A DNA stretch of 61,687 nucleotides from an uncultured Sphaerobacteraceae bacterium (GTDB taxonomy: Bacteria > Chloroflexota > Chloroflexia > Thermomicrobiales > UBA6265). Location of the stretch: assembly GCA_964610045.1 (NCBI GenBank), contig CAZSUN010000001.1, positions 81,906-143,592 on the forward strand. The letters run 5' to 3'. Position numbers and translations under genes: made by a program. Below, in pieces: positions 38,662 through 48,869 of the stretch. Below the pieces are notes generated by a model. That model was not told the origin of the DNA and ran no database searches. It saw nothing but the letters and a program-made list of their open reading frames with translations. Numbering within the stretch: position 1 is the stretch's first letter; every line of letters starts with the position of its first letter.

Positions 38662-38977
38662 GCGGAGGCCAGTCCGGCGTTGAGCATGCAGTAATCGCCG
38701 TCGCGCACGAGTGTGGAGATCGGGTCGGGCCCTGAGTTGACATCGGCAGACACCTCGCTGTCAGTCACGTCCGATCAGTCCCGTTGCGCGTGCGTAGTGG
38801 TAGGGAAAGCCTTCCGAGCCGTCAGGCGAGGTCATGGACTTCCGAATGGCTGATACAGGAAGGCCGATATCCGGCACGGAAGATTCCTCGCACGCGATCG
38901 GAATGACAATCACGGGTGTTCGCCGGCCAAGCCTTCCCTACCGTGGGCCACCGGGTCACGACGTGCGGCTCCGCATG

Positions 38978-40813
38978 CTACGCAAGCCGGCCAGACGCTT
39001 TCAGGGTGGTTTCATCCTGAGGACGGATGGCGATGGTTCGCTCATTGCGGTAGGTGACCATGCCAGGCCCGGCGCCGTGGATCTTGCGCACGTTCCGGCG
39101 GCGGGTGACATCGACCTCAACCGAACCGCTACCGCGTGAGCCGCTGTAGTGGGCGGCCAGGGCGGCGGCGGTTTCGACGGCTTCTTCGTCCTCGTCTTCC
39201 GACGGGCGTAGCCACCGGACAATCACATGCGATCCCGGCACGCCCCGGGCATGGAGCCAGGTGTCGTCCGGACCACCGATATCGAACGTCACCTGATCGT
39301 TCTCCCGGCCCGATCGCCCAATGAAGATCAGGTTGCCGCCTGCCTCCGGTATGCCGGTGACCCGGCGATGCTCCTTGCGACGGGATCGGGAGCCGGCTCG
39401 TTCGCCAACGTCCTGCCGCCCACCGGTGTGTTCCTCGAACTCCTGGCGCAGCGCCTCGATTGCGGCGAAACCGTCTGCCTGTTCGACCTGGATCCGGAGC
39501 TGAGCAAGGTAGGCGAGTTCGGTGTCGGCTGTCTGGATATGCTCCGGCAACTGACTCCCCGCCCGCTGCGCCTTCCGGTATTCGTCGAAGTAGTGTTGGG
39601 CGTTGTCCTTTCCCGACATGGCCGGGTCGAGCGGGATGTCGTCCATGCCTTCCATGGCAAGGATCGCGTCACCGGGCTTGATCTGCCAGAGGTAGGCATA
39701 GATCATCTCGCCCCAGGTCCGCAACGTTTCCGCCTGCTCGACGCGGCGGTGCTGGTCGCGCAGCGCGTGCAGGCGCTGGCGGACCCGGTCTTCCTCTCGG
39801 CCGATGGCGGTCACGATGCGGGCCCGCCGCTGGGCGTGATCGCGAGGTCCCAGCGGCGCGTCGTCCACGGCAAGCGTCTGGATGGCCTCGGAGATCGTGT
39901 CCACCTCGCGTTCATCGGCGATGGCGGCAAGGTGGTGCATCGGGGCGGCGGCGTAGGCGATTGGTTCGCCGTCCTGCTCGTAGACGGCAGGTTGCCAGGT
40001 GTGGGTCAGCATTGGTTCGTAGAGGTTGCGGACAGCCCGTGCGAGGTCGGTACCGTGTTCGGGTCCTACGGATTCGATGATAGCGTCCGGCGTACCAGCC
40101 ACCCGGAATGCGACCTCCCGGGCAATCTGGGGACTGACGCCGCGCAGGCTGCGCACGAGCATATCTGCCAGCCTGGCGTCCGGCTTGCTGGATGCGACGA
40201 TGGCGCCGGCGGTAGCAGACGTGAGGTGACGTGGGTCTGGCCGGTCGGGGACAGGTGGCGGAACGTACGGGAGACGCGGCAGGATGGGTCGGACACGGCT
40301 CATCCTTGATGTCACGCGCTTCGCGCTCTCCATGATCGAGCCACTGGCGTCGACAAGGATGAGATTGCTGTGGCGTCCCATGATCTCAACGACCAGGTCG
40401 ACCCGGGTTGCATCGCTTCCCCAGGCTTCACCCTCATCGTCTGGTTCCTGTGCCGGTTCGTCCTCCTCACCATGCTCGCTGTGGGGACCGATGCGCTTGA
40501 CGACACCCAGGCGAATGATGCGCTCCATTGGCGGCTGTTCGATGCCGATGAGGTAGCCGCCACGGACGTACTTGCGAAGCTGCAATCCGAACGGCGTGAT
40601 CAGGCTTGGATCGGCTGAAGGAAGGCGATCGACGATCGACAGGCCAGCATTCGTGCTGGAGGCGCTGGCCACGACCGGATGCCGGCGATGATGGGCGTAG
40701 ACCTCCATTGCGACTTCCAGCTGATTGATGAGTCCGATCTTCTGGACCCTGCCATCGAGGATCGTGGCACTCAATTCGTCCGTGACCGCGGCGACGGTCA
40801 GCACATCGAACAT
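38978..40813 (-). CDS. rqcH: NFACT-family ribosome quality control protein (RqcH / FbpA-like)
   Basis: NFACT-N start MFDVLTVAAVTDEL, central coiled coil and a C-terminal NFACT-R/DUF814 (WLHARGVPGSHVIV). Confidence 0.85.
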   Translation of the reverse strand: MFDVLTVAAVTDELSATILDGRVQKIGLINQLEVAMEVYAHHRRHPVVASASSTNAGLSIVDRLPSADPSLITPFGLQLRKYVRGGYLIGIEQPPMERIIRLGVVKRIGPHSEHGEEDEPAQEPDDEGEAWGSDATRVDLVVEIMGRHSNLILVDASGSIMESAKRVTSRMSRVRPILPRLPYVPPPVPDRPDPRHLTSATAGAIVASSKPDARLADMLVRSLRGVSPQIAREVAFRVAGTPDAIIESVGPEHGTDLARAVRNLYEPMLTHTWQPAVYEQDGEPIAYAAAPMHHLAAIADEREVDTISEAIQTLAVDDAPLGPRDHAQRRARIVTAIGREEDRVRQRLHALRDQHRRVEQAETLRTWGEMIYAYLWQIKPGDAILAMEGMDDIPLDPAMSGKDNAQHYFDEYRKAQRAGSQLPEHIQTADTELAYLAQLRIQVEQADGFAAIEALRQEFEEHTGGRQDVGERAGSRSRRKEHRRVTGIPEAGGNLIFIGRSGRENDQVTFDIGGPDDTWLHARGVPGSHVIVRWLRPSEDEDEEAVETAAALAAHYSGSRGSGSVEVDVTRRRNVRKIHGAGPGMVTYRNERTIAIRPQDETTLKASGRLA

Positions 40814-40898
40814 TCAGGTGCTACCCTTTCCAGATCGGCCAGCGTGCCGCTCATGACCCATCCATCGTACGCGACACCAGTTCCAGGAGACAGGCCGC

Positions 40899-41612
40899 TT
40901 GGCATCCTCGACCGCAACGGATACTTCGACCGGGGCCATCCGCTCGCTCCTCGCCGATCCGGACATCGTCCAGCAATGCGCCGAGGGCGACGGCGGCATC
41001 TCGGCGTTGCTTGCCGGACGGTCGCCCAGATTGTTCATCATTTCCGGCCCATCTGGCGTGGGGAAGGATTCCGTGCTGGAGCAGTTGCAGCGGATTCACT
41101 CCACCGCGCGCTATGTGGTGACCGCGACATCGCGTCCGATGCGTACCGGCGAGCGTGATGGCGTGCATTACCGGTTCCTGGAACGCACGGATTTCGAGCA
41201 GCAGATCGAGTATGGGCAGTTTATCGAACACGCGCTGGTGTACGGCAATCTCTACGGGGTGCCTCGCACCCCGATCGAAGAGGGGTTGGCGAACGGTCAG
41301 GATGTGATCGTCAAGGTTGATGTGCAGGGCGCGGCAACGCTTCGCGAGCGGATTGCCAACACGATTTCGATATTCCTGATGCCGGAGTCGATGGAGTCGT
41401 TGCTGCAACGCCTGGTCGATCGCAAGACGGAAGATCCGGCGGTCGTCAAGCGGCGGTTCCAGACCGCGAGCCAGGAAATCCGGCAGGTCGAGCACTTCGA
41501 TTACGTGGTGTTCAACGCATCCGGAAAACTCGATGCTGCGCTCACCGGCATCCTCGGCATCGTCGAGGCGGAACGGGCGTCGGTCCGGCAGCCGGCTGTC
41601 GTCGTGCGGTAG
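40899..41612 (+). CDS. gmk: guanylate kinase
   Basis: ISGPSGVGKDS P-loop and TTRPMRTGERDGVHYRF. TTG start with an AGGAGA RBS 9 nt upstream. Confidence 0.9.
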   Translation: MASSTATDTSTGAIRSLLADPDIVQQCAEGDGGISALLAGRSPRLFIISGPSGVGKDSVLEQLQRIHSTARYVVTATSRPMRTGERDGVHYRFLERTDFEQQIEYGQFIEHALVYGNLYGVPRTPIEEGLANGQDVIVKVDVQGAATLRERIANTISIFLMPESMESLLQRLVDRKTEDPAVVKRRFQTASQEIRQVEHFDYVVFNASGKLDAALTGILGIVEAERASVRQPAVVVR

Positions 41613-41678
41613 CCTGACGAAACTCGCTGCATCTGCACATACGCCTACCGCTCATCCCGTATCTCCCGCGCGACAACC

Positions 41679-42197
41679 CTATATATCTTCGTCGCCTTCA
41701 TCGTCGCCGACAAATCGAAGGGTCGACTTGTCTTCGACCCGGTCGGTGAACAGGATCCCGTCAAGGTGGTCGATCTCGTGCTGGAAGACACGGGCGAGGT
41801 AGCCGGTTGCCTTGATCCGCACCGGCTTGTTGTCCATGTCGACCGCCTTGACGGTGACCGATTCCATTCTGGGCACTTCACCGACCCAACCAGGGATGCT
41901 CAGGCACCCTTCGAGCGCGAGTAGCTGGCCGTTGCCGCGCACGATTTCGGGGTTGGCGAGCCGGTAGGTGATCTCCTGGGCGTCACCGCCGTCTTCTTCC
42001 TGCTCGTTGTAGCGGATCACAATGAGTCGGCGCGTCACCCCGACCTGCGGGGCGGCGACGGCAACTCCTTCAGCGACCGGGATGGTCTCGTACATGTCGG
42101 CGGCAAGCGACCTGACACTGTCGTCGACCTGGCGGATACGTGTTGCCTTCTGACGGAGGCGCGGGTCGCCTTCGATCACGATGTCGAGTATGGACAT
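41679..42197 (-). CDS. def: peptide deformylase
   Basis: Motifs G(V)AVAAPQVG, EGCLSIPG and HEIDHLDG. ATG at 42197 (MSILDIV...) is preferred; the ORF stays open to 42236. Confidence 0.9.
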   Translation of the reverse strand: MSILDIVIEGDPRLRQKATRIRQVDDSVRSLAADMYETIPVAEGVAVAAPQVGVTRRLIVIRYNEQEEDGGDAQEITYRLANPEIVRGNGQLLALEGCLSIPGWVGEVPRMESVTVKAVDMDNKPVRIKATGYLARVFQHEIDHLDGILFTDRVEDKSTLRFVGDDEGDEDI

Positions 42198-42292
42198 GCG
42201 GGGTGATGCTCCTGGAACATACGGGTAGGTGCTCATCAGCGGGGCGATCGCGGAGGGTCGCCCCTACGGCTGCCGGTGCCGGAAAGCGTCGA

Positions 42293-44782
42293 TCAAAGCA
42301 TACTTTGCGGGTCAACGTCGACAACCCAGCCGGCGCGAATCGGCAACTCGTCCAGCAGACGATCGAGGTCTCGCGACCGCAGCACGATCTGCCACTGGTG
42401 CTTGCCCGCGACCTTGGCGGCAAACGCGGGGGTTGGACCCAGCAGATCCATCGAGGCTTCCAGCTTCCGGGCGTGGCGGACCAGTTCCCGCGCCATCATC
42501 TCGGCTTCGATCGCCGCCGCTCGTTCCTGGTCGTGCCGGTAGAGGAACCGAGCAAGGCGGACGAATGGGGGGAAATGGTGCTGCCGGCGAAAGTCGATTT
42601 CTTCCGTGTAGAAGGCGTCGTAATCGTGCTGGGCGGCGGCGGTGACGGCGTAGTGACCAGGGGTGTATGTCTGCACGACCACGCGTGAGCCAGGCGCGCG
42701 GCGCCCGGCGCGCCCGGCGACCTGGGTCAGCAACTGGAAGGTGCGCTCGCTACTGCGGAAGTCTGGTAGATGCAGCATCGTGTCGGCCTGAATAACCCCG
42801 ATGGCGGTGACGTGAGGCAGGTCGAACCCTTTGGCGACCATCTGGGTGCCAACGACGATATCCACGTCACGATTCTCGACGCGGGCAAGCATCGCCTCGT
42901 AGCCGCCGTGCTGGCGGATGGAGTCCTGATCCCACCGGAGAACCCTTGAGTCCGGATAGGTTGCGCGGACTTCGTCTTCGACACGTTGGGTCCCTGCCCC
43001 GAAGTAGTCGAGCCGGCCGCCGCAGTCGGGGCAGCGCTGGGGTGGTGGTTCGCGGTAATCGCAACGGTGGCAGACCATCTGGATGCGATCGCGATGGAAC
43101 ACCATCGGAATGTCGCACAGGGAACAGACGACCCGGTGCCCGCAGTCGCGACAGAGGACTACGGTCGACGTACCGCGACGATTGAGCAGGACGATTGCCT
43201 GTTCCTGCCGCGAGAGCGCGTGGCGAACAGCCTCGTCGAGGGCGCGGCTGACAAGGCTGGTGTTCCCGTCGTGCAGTTCGAGTTTGAGGTCGACGATTTC
43301 GACTTCGGGGAGTTCGAGGGACGCCGATTGCCCTGACAATGCGGCTCGCCCAACCGGATTGACGCGGTCCGGCAAGGAGATCCGGCGATAGTCGCCATTG
43401 GCGGCATGCCAGGTGGATTCGATGCTCGGGGTGGCGCTGCCGAGCACGACGGTTGCGCGAACCCGGCGCGCCATCTCGATGGCAAGGGCGCGCGCATGGT
43501 AGCGAGGTTCGCTCTCCTGTTTGTAGGTTCCCTCATGTTCCTCATCGAGGACGATCAAGCCCAGCCGCTCGATTGGGGCGAACAGGGCGGAGCGAGGCCC
43601 GACGACCACCCGGTACTCGTTGGCTTCGAGCGCGCGCCAGATGTCGTGGCGCTGGCTCTCGGTGAGCTGGGAGTGCAGGACTGCCACCTGGCCCGGAAAG
43701 CGGTCGACAAAACGCCGGACGACCTGCGTCGCGAGCCCGATTTCGGGAACGAGGACGATCGCGCCGCGTCCGTGCCGGAGGCACCAGGCGACCCCGCGCA
43801 GGTAGATTTCGGTCTTGCCACTGCCGGTGACGCCGAAAAGCAGGTTTGGCGTTGGATCGCCGGTAAACAGCGCGCGCTCAACGACCGACCACGCGGCCGC
43901 CTGCTCCGGTGTAAGGACTGGGGCTGGCGCAGCGGAAGGGACTGGTGCCTCGGAGCGGCCCAGCTCGACCACCTCGATAATGCCCTTCTTTTCCAGGGAG
44001 GTGAGCGTCTGGGCATCGACATCGACAGATGAGCGTAGATCCGGCAACGCCACGAGGTCATTGGCGCCATCGCGCCGGAACCGGGCACGGGTGGTGAGTT
44101 CTTCCACCACGCGCGATTGCCGGGGAGAGCGAGCCGTCAGGGCAGGATTGCCATCGAGTAACCGGACGAACCGTTCGGTACGGCGGGCGGGCTCCGATTG
44201 GTCGACCCGGATCTCCTGGTGCACCAGATCCAGGGACTGGAGCTTCTCCATGACGGTGGAAAGCGATTTCCCGGTGGCAGCCCGCAATTGGTCGATCGAC
44301 ATCGTCCCGTACTCTGCCAGCAGGGCCATCACTCTCCGCTGGGCGGGCGTCAGTTCGGCAGGCGAGCGATCCGGGTTGTCGACCATGACGTAGGTCTCGA
44401 CCATGCGGGTCTGGAGACCGGGCGGCAGGAACGGGGAAACAGCGGCGTATACCGAACTGGCGGTTTCACGGGCAAGCCACTCCGCCAGATCGAGACGGTA
44501 CGACGGGAGCAGATGGCGCGGCTCCGGAACGGAGTGGAGCGGACGTACGGAGAAATCCGGTGGGTCGGTTGTGAGCCCGAGCACGATGCCCGGCACGAGA
44601 CGGCGCTGGATCGGCGCGACGACGAGTACGCCGCGCTGGACGTCAGCCGTCAATTCGGGCGGAACAAGATAGGTGTAGACGCCACGCAACGTACCCGGAA
44701 GGACGCGCGAGAGCGCGACTTCTGCGTAGAGGGTTTCGATGTGCGTCGTGGCAGCCGGCGACTGCGAGACGGGTTCGTTCAT
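42293..44782 (-). CDS. priA: primosomal protein N' (replication restart helicase PriA)
   Basis: GVTGSGKTEIYL Walker A, DEEHE and the Cys-rich zinc region CRDCG...CSLCD...CHRCD...CPDCG. Confidence 0.95.
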   Translation of the reverse strand: MNEPVSQSPAATTHIETLYAEVALSRVLPGTLRGVYTYLVPPELTADVQRGVLVVAPIQRRLVPGIVLGLTTDPPDFSVRPLHSVPEPRHLLPSYRLDLAEWLARETASSVYAAVSPFLPPGLQTRMVETYVMVDNPDRSPAELTPAQRRVMALLAEYGTMSIDQLRAATGKSLSTVMEKLQSLDLVHQEIRVDQSEPARRTERFVRLLDGNPALTARSPRQSRVVEELTTRARFRRDGANDLVALPDLRSSVDVDAQTLTSLEKKGIIEVVELGRSEAPVPSAAPAPVLTPEQAAAWSVVERALFTGDPTPNLLFGVTGSGKTEIYLRGVAWCLRHGRGAIVLVPEIGLATQVVRRFVDRFPGQVAVLHSQLTESQRHDIWRALEANEYRVVVGPRSALFAPIERLGLIVLDEEHEGTYKQESEPRYHARALAIEMARRVRATVVLGSATPSIESTWHAANGDYRRISLPDRVNPVGRAALSGQSASLELPEVEIVDLKLELHDGNTSLVSRALDEAVRHALSRQEQAIVLLNRRGTSTVVLCRDCGHRVVCSLCDIPMVFHRDRIQMVCHRCDYREPPPQRCPDCGGRLDYFGAGTQRVEDEVRATYPDSRVLRWDQDSIRQHGGYEAMLARVENRDVDIVVGTQMVAKGFDLPHVTAIGVIQADTMLHLPDFRSSERTFQLLTQVAGRAGRRAPGSRVVVQTYTPGHYAVTAAAQHDYDAFYTEEIDFRRQHHFPPFVRLARFLYRHDQERAAAIEAEMMARELVRHARKLEASMDLLGPTPAFAAKVAGKHQWQIVLRSRDLDRLLDELPIRAGWVVDVDPQSML

Positions 44783-44838
44783 CTGCGCAGTGTAGCGGTC
44801 GTTTCGAGACACCGGCAGGCAGCTACCGGGCATCGGAG

Positions 44839-45180
44839 TTACTGCTCGATGGGTTGACCGGACGCGATCCAGTCGAGCATTCCACCAGCCATGCTCTTCG
44901 CGTCAAGAAAGCCGGCCTGGATGAGGATACCCGCGCCGGTGAGGCTCCGAACACCGCCCCGGCAGACCACAATCACAGGCAAGTCGGCATCCAGCTCACC
45001 GGTACGCGCCGGGAGTTCGCCCAGGGGGATGTGGATTGCCGCAGGAATCCGGCCTTCGGCCCACTCATCGGGCTCCCGGACATCGAGCACCTGGATAGTG
45101 CTGGACCCGAGTGCCGCGACTGTCTCCGCGACCGAAATCTCGGGAGCTTCCGGACCACGATTCAGGAACGAATTGAACAT
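44839..45180 (-). CDS. rhodanese-domain sulfurtransferase
   Basis: Active-site loop VVCRGGVRS in a single rhodanese domain. ATG at 45180 with an AAGGAAA RBS. Confidence 0.85.
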   Translation of the reverse strand: MFNSFLNRGPEAPEISVAETVAALGSSTIQVLDVREPDEWAEGRIPAAIHIPLGELPARTGELDADLPVIVVCRGGVRSLTGAGILIQAGFLDAKSMAGGMLDWIASGQPIEQ

Positions 45181-45337
45181 TGTCAGTTTCCTTGGTGAAG
45201 AACCGGCCAGCCAGGCGGGGGGTATCGAGCGCGGCCACATCGACCGCGCCTCATCCACCAAGTATGAACCAGATTGGGTTTGGCGCACTCCGGCCACCTG
45301 GCCCGAATTCGTCGACTGTAGGTACGTACGTGGCGAG

Positions 45338-46537
45338 TCAGATTGGCCGAACGCTTCGGGAGCGAACGAGTGCCCGGCGTGACGCGAACCAACCCATGAA
45401 CGTCGTCGGCACCAGCACGGCGAGCATGAGGAAGATCGAGGCGGTCCAGTCTCCCGTGAGGTCGTGAGCGAGCCCGCCGAGGAACGGCGCGAATGCCGCG
45501 ATCGTGTACCCGATTGCCTGGGCCATTCCGGACAGAGAGGCGGCGTGAGCGGTATCCGGTGAACGGAGGACGATCAACATCAGGGCGAGGCTGAGGGCCG
45601 AACCAGCGCCGAGCCCGAACAGGACCATCCAGGCGAGGGTGAACGTTGCCGGTGCGATGAGGATGCCGGCGATCCCCATCGCCCAGATCGCAATCAGGCC
45701 CACCAGCAACGGGCGTTGGTTCGGGATTCGCTGGGCCACGATCGGCACGACCAATGAGGCAGGCAAACCGGCCAGGTTACCGATGGCCCACATGGTTCCG
45801 GCGGCTTCGCGGGAAAGCCCGGCATCGTGGAGGATGGTTGGGATCCATGCAGCCAGACCGAAATAGACGAACGACTGCAATCCCATGAACAGCGAAACCT
45901 GCCAGGCGAGGGCGTTCCCCCATAACCGGGGTGCTCGCCGGGTCGCCCTCTGATTCGCCGCCGGACGTTCCATCCGCAGTCGCGGCAGCTGGACGATAAC
46001 GGCGACGAGCGCAGGAATCGCGAGCAGTCCGAGCGCCTGCCGCCACCCGTACCCGGATTCATGGATCGGCACCATCAAGCCGGTTGCCGTGGCTCCGCCG
46101 ATCGAGATGCCCATCGTGTAGACGCCCGTCATCAGGCCGAACTGGCCCGGGAAGTCGCGCTTGATGACGGCCGGTGCGAGGACGTTGGCGATGGCGATGG
46201 ATGCACCAATCACGATCGTGCCGGCGAACAGCATGGCGATGGAAGGAACGATCCGGATAAGGATGCCAAGTGTGAGGCCGACCATCGTCAGCCAGAGCAT
46301 CCGATCGATCCCGAACCGGGTGGACAGGCGCGGAGCAAAACCGGCGAGCAAACCGAAACAGACCACCGGAATGGTGGTCAGGAGTCCCGCGACGGTCGTC
46401 GAGATGCCGAGGTCGAGCCGGATCACGTCGAGGAGTGGACCGACACCGACGATGGCGGTGCGCATGTTGATGGCGACGATGGCGATGCCGATCCCGAGCA
46501 GGATCGATCGCGATCGTGAGGTGGTGCGACTGGACAT
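45338..46537 (-). CDS. MFS transporter (CynX/NimT-like)
   Basis: About 12 predicted TM segments starting from MSSRTTSRSRSILLGIGIAIVAINMR. The 208 codons upstream in the track ORF are Arg/Pro-rich and not protein-like. Confidence 0.85.
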   Translation of the reverse strand: MSSRTTSRSRSILLGIGIAIVAINMRTAIVGVGPLLDVIRLDLGISTTVAGLLTTIPVVCFGLLAGFAPRLSTRFGIDRMLWLTMVGLTLGILIRIVPSIAMLFAGTIVIGASIAIANVLAPAVIKRDFPGQFGLMTGVYTMGISIGGATATGLMVPIHESGYGWRQALGLLAIPALVAVIVQLPRLRMERPAANQRATRRAPRLWGNALAWQVSLFMGLQSFVYFGLAAWIPTILHDAGLSREAAGTMWAIGNLAGLPASLVVPIVAQRIPNQRPLLVGLIAIWAMGIAGILIAPATFTLAWMVLFGLGAGSALSLALMLIVLRSPDTAHAASLSGMAQAIGYTIAAFAPFLGGLAHDLTGDWTASIFLMLAVLVPTTFMGWFASRRALVRSRSVRPI

Positions 46538-46849
46538 CAGGTCCCCGGAACTCGTACTGGGGTGAGCCGCATCGGAACGGTGCGGGCCGGGACATGGTAG
46601 CCGTTTGCGTGGCGTTGTCGACTGCCGGGAACGGGTGCGACTCACGGTTTTGCGCACATGACTGGCAGGAGACGGGCCGACTAACCCTCGCTGCTCGGGA
46701 GGCCACCCTCGACAACCGGAACGGATGGGTCCCCAGCCGCCGCAATCAGCCGAGTCACACCCATCGAGTACCGCCGGTCTTGCCCTTGACATGCGTGGCG
46801 GGTACATTCGCGGCGTTGACGCGTGGGTGGATGGGAGGGCATAGCGGAT

Positions 46850-47098
46850 ATGGCGGACTGGACTTTCGACGAACTCCTTCCCAATGGTTGGCACCCGCAC
46901 TGGAGCCCCCTGGAATCCGAGGAAGCACCCTATTCGCTGGAGTTCACGTACTACCGCAGCGAGATCGCCCGCCATTCGGTCGAAGCGCAAGGGTCGACCG
47001 AGCGGGAGGCGATCGAGAGCGTCGTCGCAGCGGCGAATGCATGGCTGAGGGATCACCCGGAGTACGCCCCAAAGCGGCCACCCGCATCCAGATCGTAG
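46850..47098 (+). CDS. small hypothetical protein (82 aa)
   Basis: ATG is preceded by GGGAGGG at 10 nt. Balanced composition. The segment EAQGSTEREAIESVVAAANAWLRDH vaguely resembles UPF0150/HicB-type folds; this is speculative. Confidence 0.45.
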   Translation: MADWTFDELLPNGWHPHWSPLESEEAPYSLEFTYYRSEIARHSVEAQGSTEREAIESVVAAANAWLRDHPEYAPKRPPASRS

Positions 47099-47288
47099 CG
47101 ACCGGCTTCGAAGGGTTCCGGCGTTCATTCCACGCGATCGTGTACGTAGGCGTATTGCCATTATTTGACAATACGTAGACCGTCTCTACGTGACCGCTTC
47201 GGCCAACGCGGCGATTACACCTGAATCTCCGTACCTTCACTGTCGTGTCCGGGGCATCGCCGCGGCATGATCAAGGTGCGGCTTCCGG

Positions 47289-47552
47289 ATGGAAGTCACG
47301 GACTGGACGCATCGAGGCACGGTCATGTTCGAGTATGCGCTGAACGATATGCGGCCCTTGATCGGTATGGCGGCGTTGGTGATCCTTATGGTGGCAACGC
47401 TCGGATCGCAGTTGCGATCGCGCAGAGAAGATGATCTCCTCGAGCGAGCCGTTCGCGGGTTCCCGTCCGCGGAGACTGCACCACGGTTGGCGCGAGGCGA
47501 TCGCGTCACCCGGTTGATTCGGACAGCCGTTCAGGACGCAAGCGCCTCGTAG
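47289..47552 (+). CDS. possible small single-TM protein
   Basis: ORF with one hydrophobic helix (PLIGMAALVILMVATLG). Its 3' end overlaps the convergent hydrolase gene by 22 nt. No clear RBS. Confidence 0.25.
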   Translation: MEVTDWTHRGTVMFEYALNDMRPLIGMAALVILMVATLGSQLRSRREDDLLERAVRGFPSAETAPRLARGDRVTRLIRTAVQDASAS

Positions 47553-48730
47553 GCGAAGCGCCAGAATTCGCCGGCCGCATCGTCGGGTCCGCCGATGTGA
47601 ACCTGCATGAGCAGGAGACCGGTCAGGTCGTTGGCAGGATCGTTCATCCAGTGCGTGTGGAAGCCGCCGGACCACCCGTACGCGCCGATCTCGGGTCCTG
47701 GAGCCTCTCCTGTACGTGTTATCGGGCTGACACCGTATCCCCAACCCGCTCGATCCCAGAAACCCGGAAAGAACGGATATGCCTGCTTGACCCGCGATGA
47801 AACGTGATCGCTCGACATCAGATCGACGGATTCCTGCGAGAGCAGCCGCGTTTCGCCGTGCACTCCTCCCGACCGCAGCATCCGGGCGAAGACGAGGTAG
47901 TCGGACGCGGTCGAGACGAGTTCACTTGGAAACGCAGGCGGGCGTGACCACACTCCCCCTTCGGCGGGATCGGAAAGGACGAGTTTGCCAGACTCGGGGT
48001 CGGTCTCGTAGCAGTATGCCAGCCGTTCGATCGACGCCGCCGGAACCTGGAAGGCCGTGTTGACCATACCCAACGGCTGGAGGATGTGAGACTCGAACAC
48101 CTCGCCGAGTGGCCTGCCGGAGCGTCGTTCGAGCAGCACATTGAGCACATCGAATCCTGTGTGATAGAGCCATCCTTCACCGGGCTGGAATGCAAGGGGG
48201 AGCGAGCCGATCGCGGCCATCCACGCATCTGGCGAAGCTTCCGGTGGAAACGCACCCGGGGTGACTCCGGCCGCCTCCATCGCGCGTTGCAGCGGAGTGG
48301 GATCGCTTTCGAAGATCATGCCCAATCCCCATTGATTGGTCATGAGGTCGTGAATGGAGATAGCCCGGTTCGCGGGAACCGTATCGTCGAGGTCGCTTTC
48401 CGGTGTGCGCAGGACCTGTCTATCCGCCAGTTCCGGCAACCATCGATCGACCGGCGCGTGCAGATCGAACTCGCCCCTCTCCACCGCCTGGAGGATCGCT
48501 GTGGCGGTGATCGGTTTGGTCATGGAGGCGATGCGGACGATGGTGTCCGCCGTCATGGGATCGCGTGTGACCAGGTCCCGGTAGCCAACCGACTCGCACC
48601 ACGTCTCACCGCCCCGGTCGAGCAGAAGGACGGCGCCCGGAATGCCACCGCGTTGCACGCGGGAAGCGAACGAGTCTCGAAGGGCATCCAGCGTGGTGCG
48701 GTTGAGGCCGGTTGGTGTCTTCATGGTCAT
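47531..48730 (-). CDS. beta-lactamase-family serine hydrolase (class C/esterase-like)
   Basis: SxxK nucleophile motif ASMTKPIT and overall family architecture. Start at 48730 or 48724, next to AAAGGA. Confidence 0.85.
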   Translation of the reverse strand: MTMKTPTGLNRTTLDALRDSFASRVQRGGIPGAVLLLDRGGETWCESVGYRDLVTRDPMTADTIVRIASMTKPITATAILQAVERGEFDLHAPVDRWLPELADRQVLRTPESDLDDTVPANRAISIHDLMTNQWGLGMIFESDPTPLQRAMEAAGVTPGAFPPEASPDAWMAAIGSLPLAFQPGEGWLYHTGFDVLNVLLERRSGRPLGEVFESHILQPLGMVNTAFQVPAASIERLAYCYETDPESGKLVLSDPAEGGVWSRPPAFPSELVSTASDYLVFARMLRSGGVHGETRLLSQESVDLMSSDHVSSRVKQAYPFFPGFWDRAGWGYGVSPITRTGEAPGPEIGAYGWSGGFHTHWMNDPANDLTGLLLMQVHIGGPDDAAGEFWRFAYEALAS

Positions 48731-48869
48731 TCCTTTTCGTCCAGAAAAAGTGCCTAACGGAATTTGCATACGACGTCCGCGAAACGGCTACGGCACCGAG
48801 CATACCGGCAGAAACCAACCCCGGCTTCTCCAAGGTTGCGCCGTCCATAGGTACGGAGTTTTCTAGAAT

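Noticed and set aside
38658-38768. 36-codon minus-strand ORF (VTDSEVSADVNSGPDPISTLVRDGDYCMLNAGLASA) in the 316-nt tatC/rqcH convergent gap
   Set aside because: It has a GTG start with only a weak RBS-like GGGA, overlaps the tatC stop and has no recognisable motif. It cannot be distinguished from chance at this length.
46538-47161. 208-codon N-terminal extension of the MFS transporter ORF
   Set aside because: The extension is Arg/Pro/Ser-rich and not membrane-protein-like. A Met followed immediately by TM1, with a GGGGA RBS, lies at 46537. The extension is also antisense to a plausible small + strand gene.
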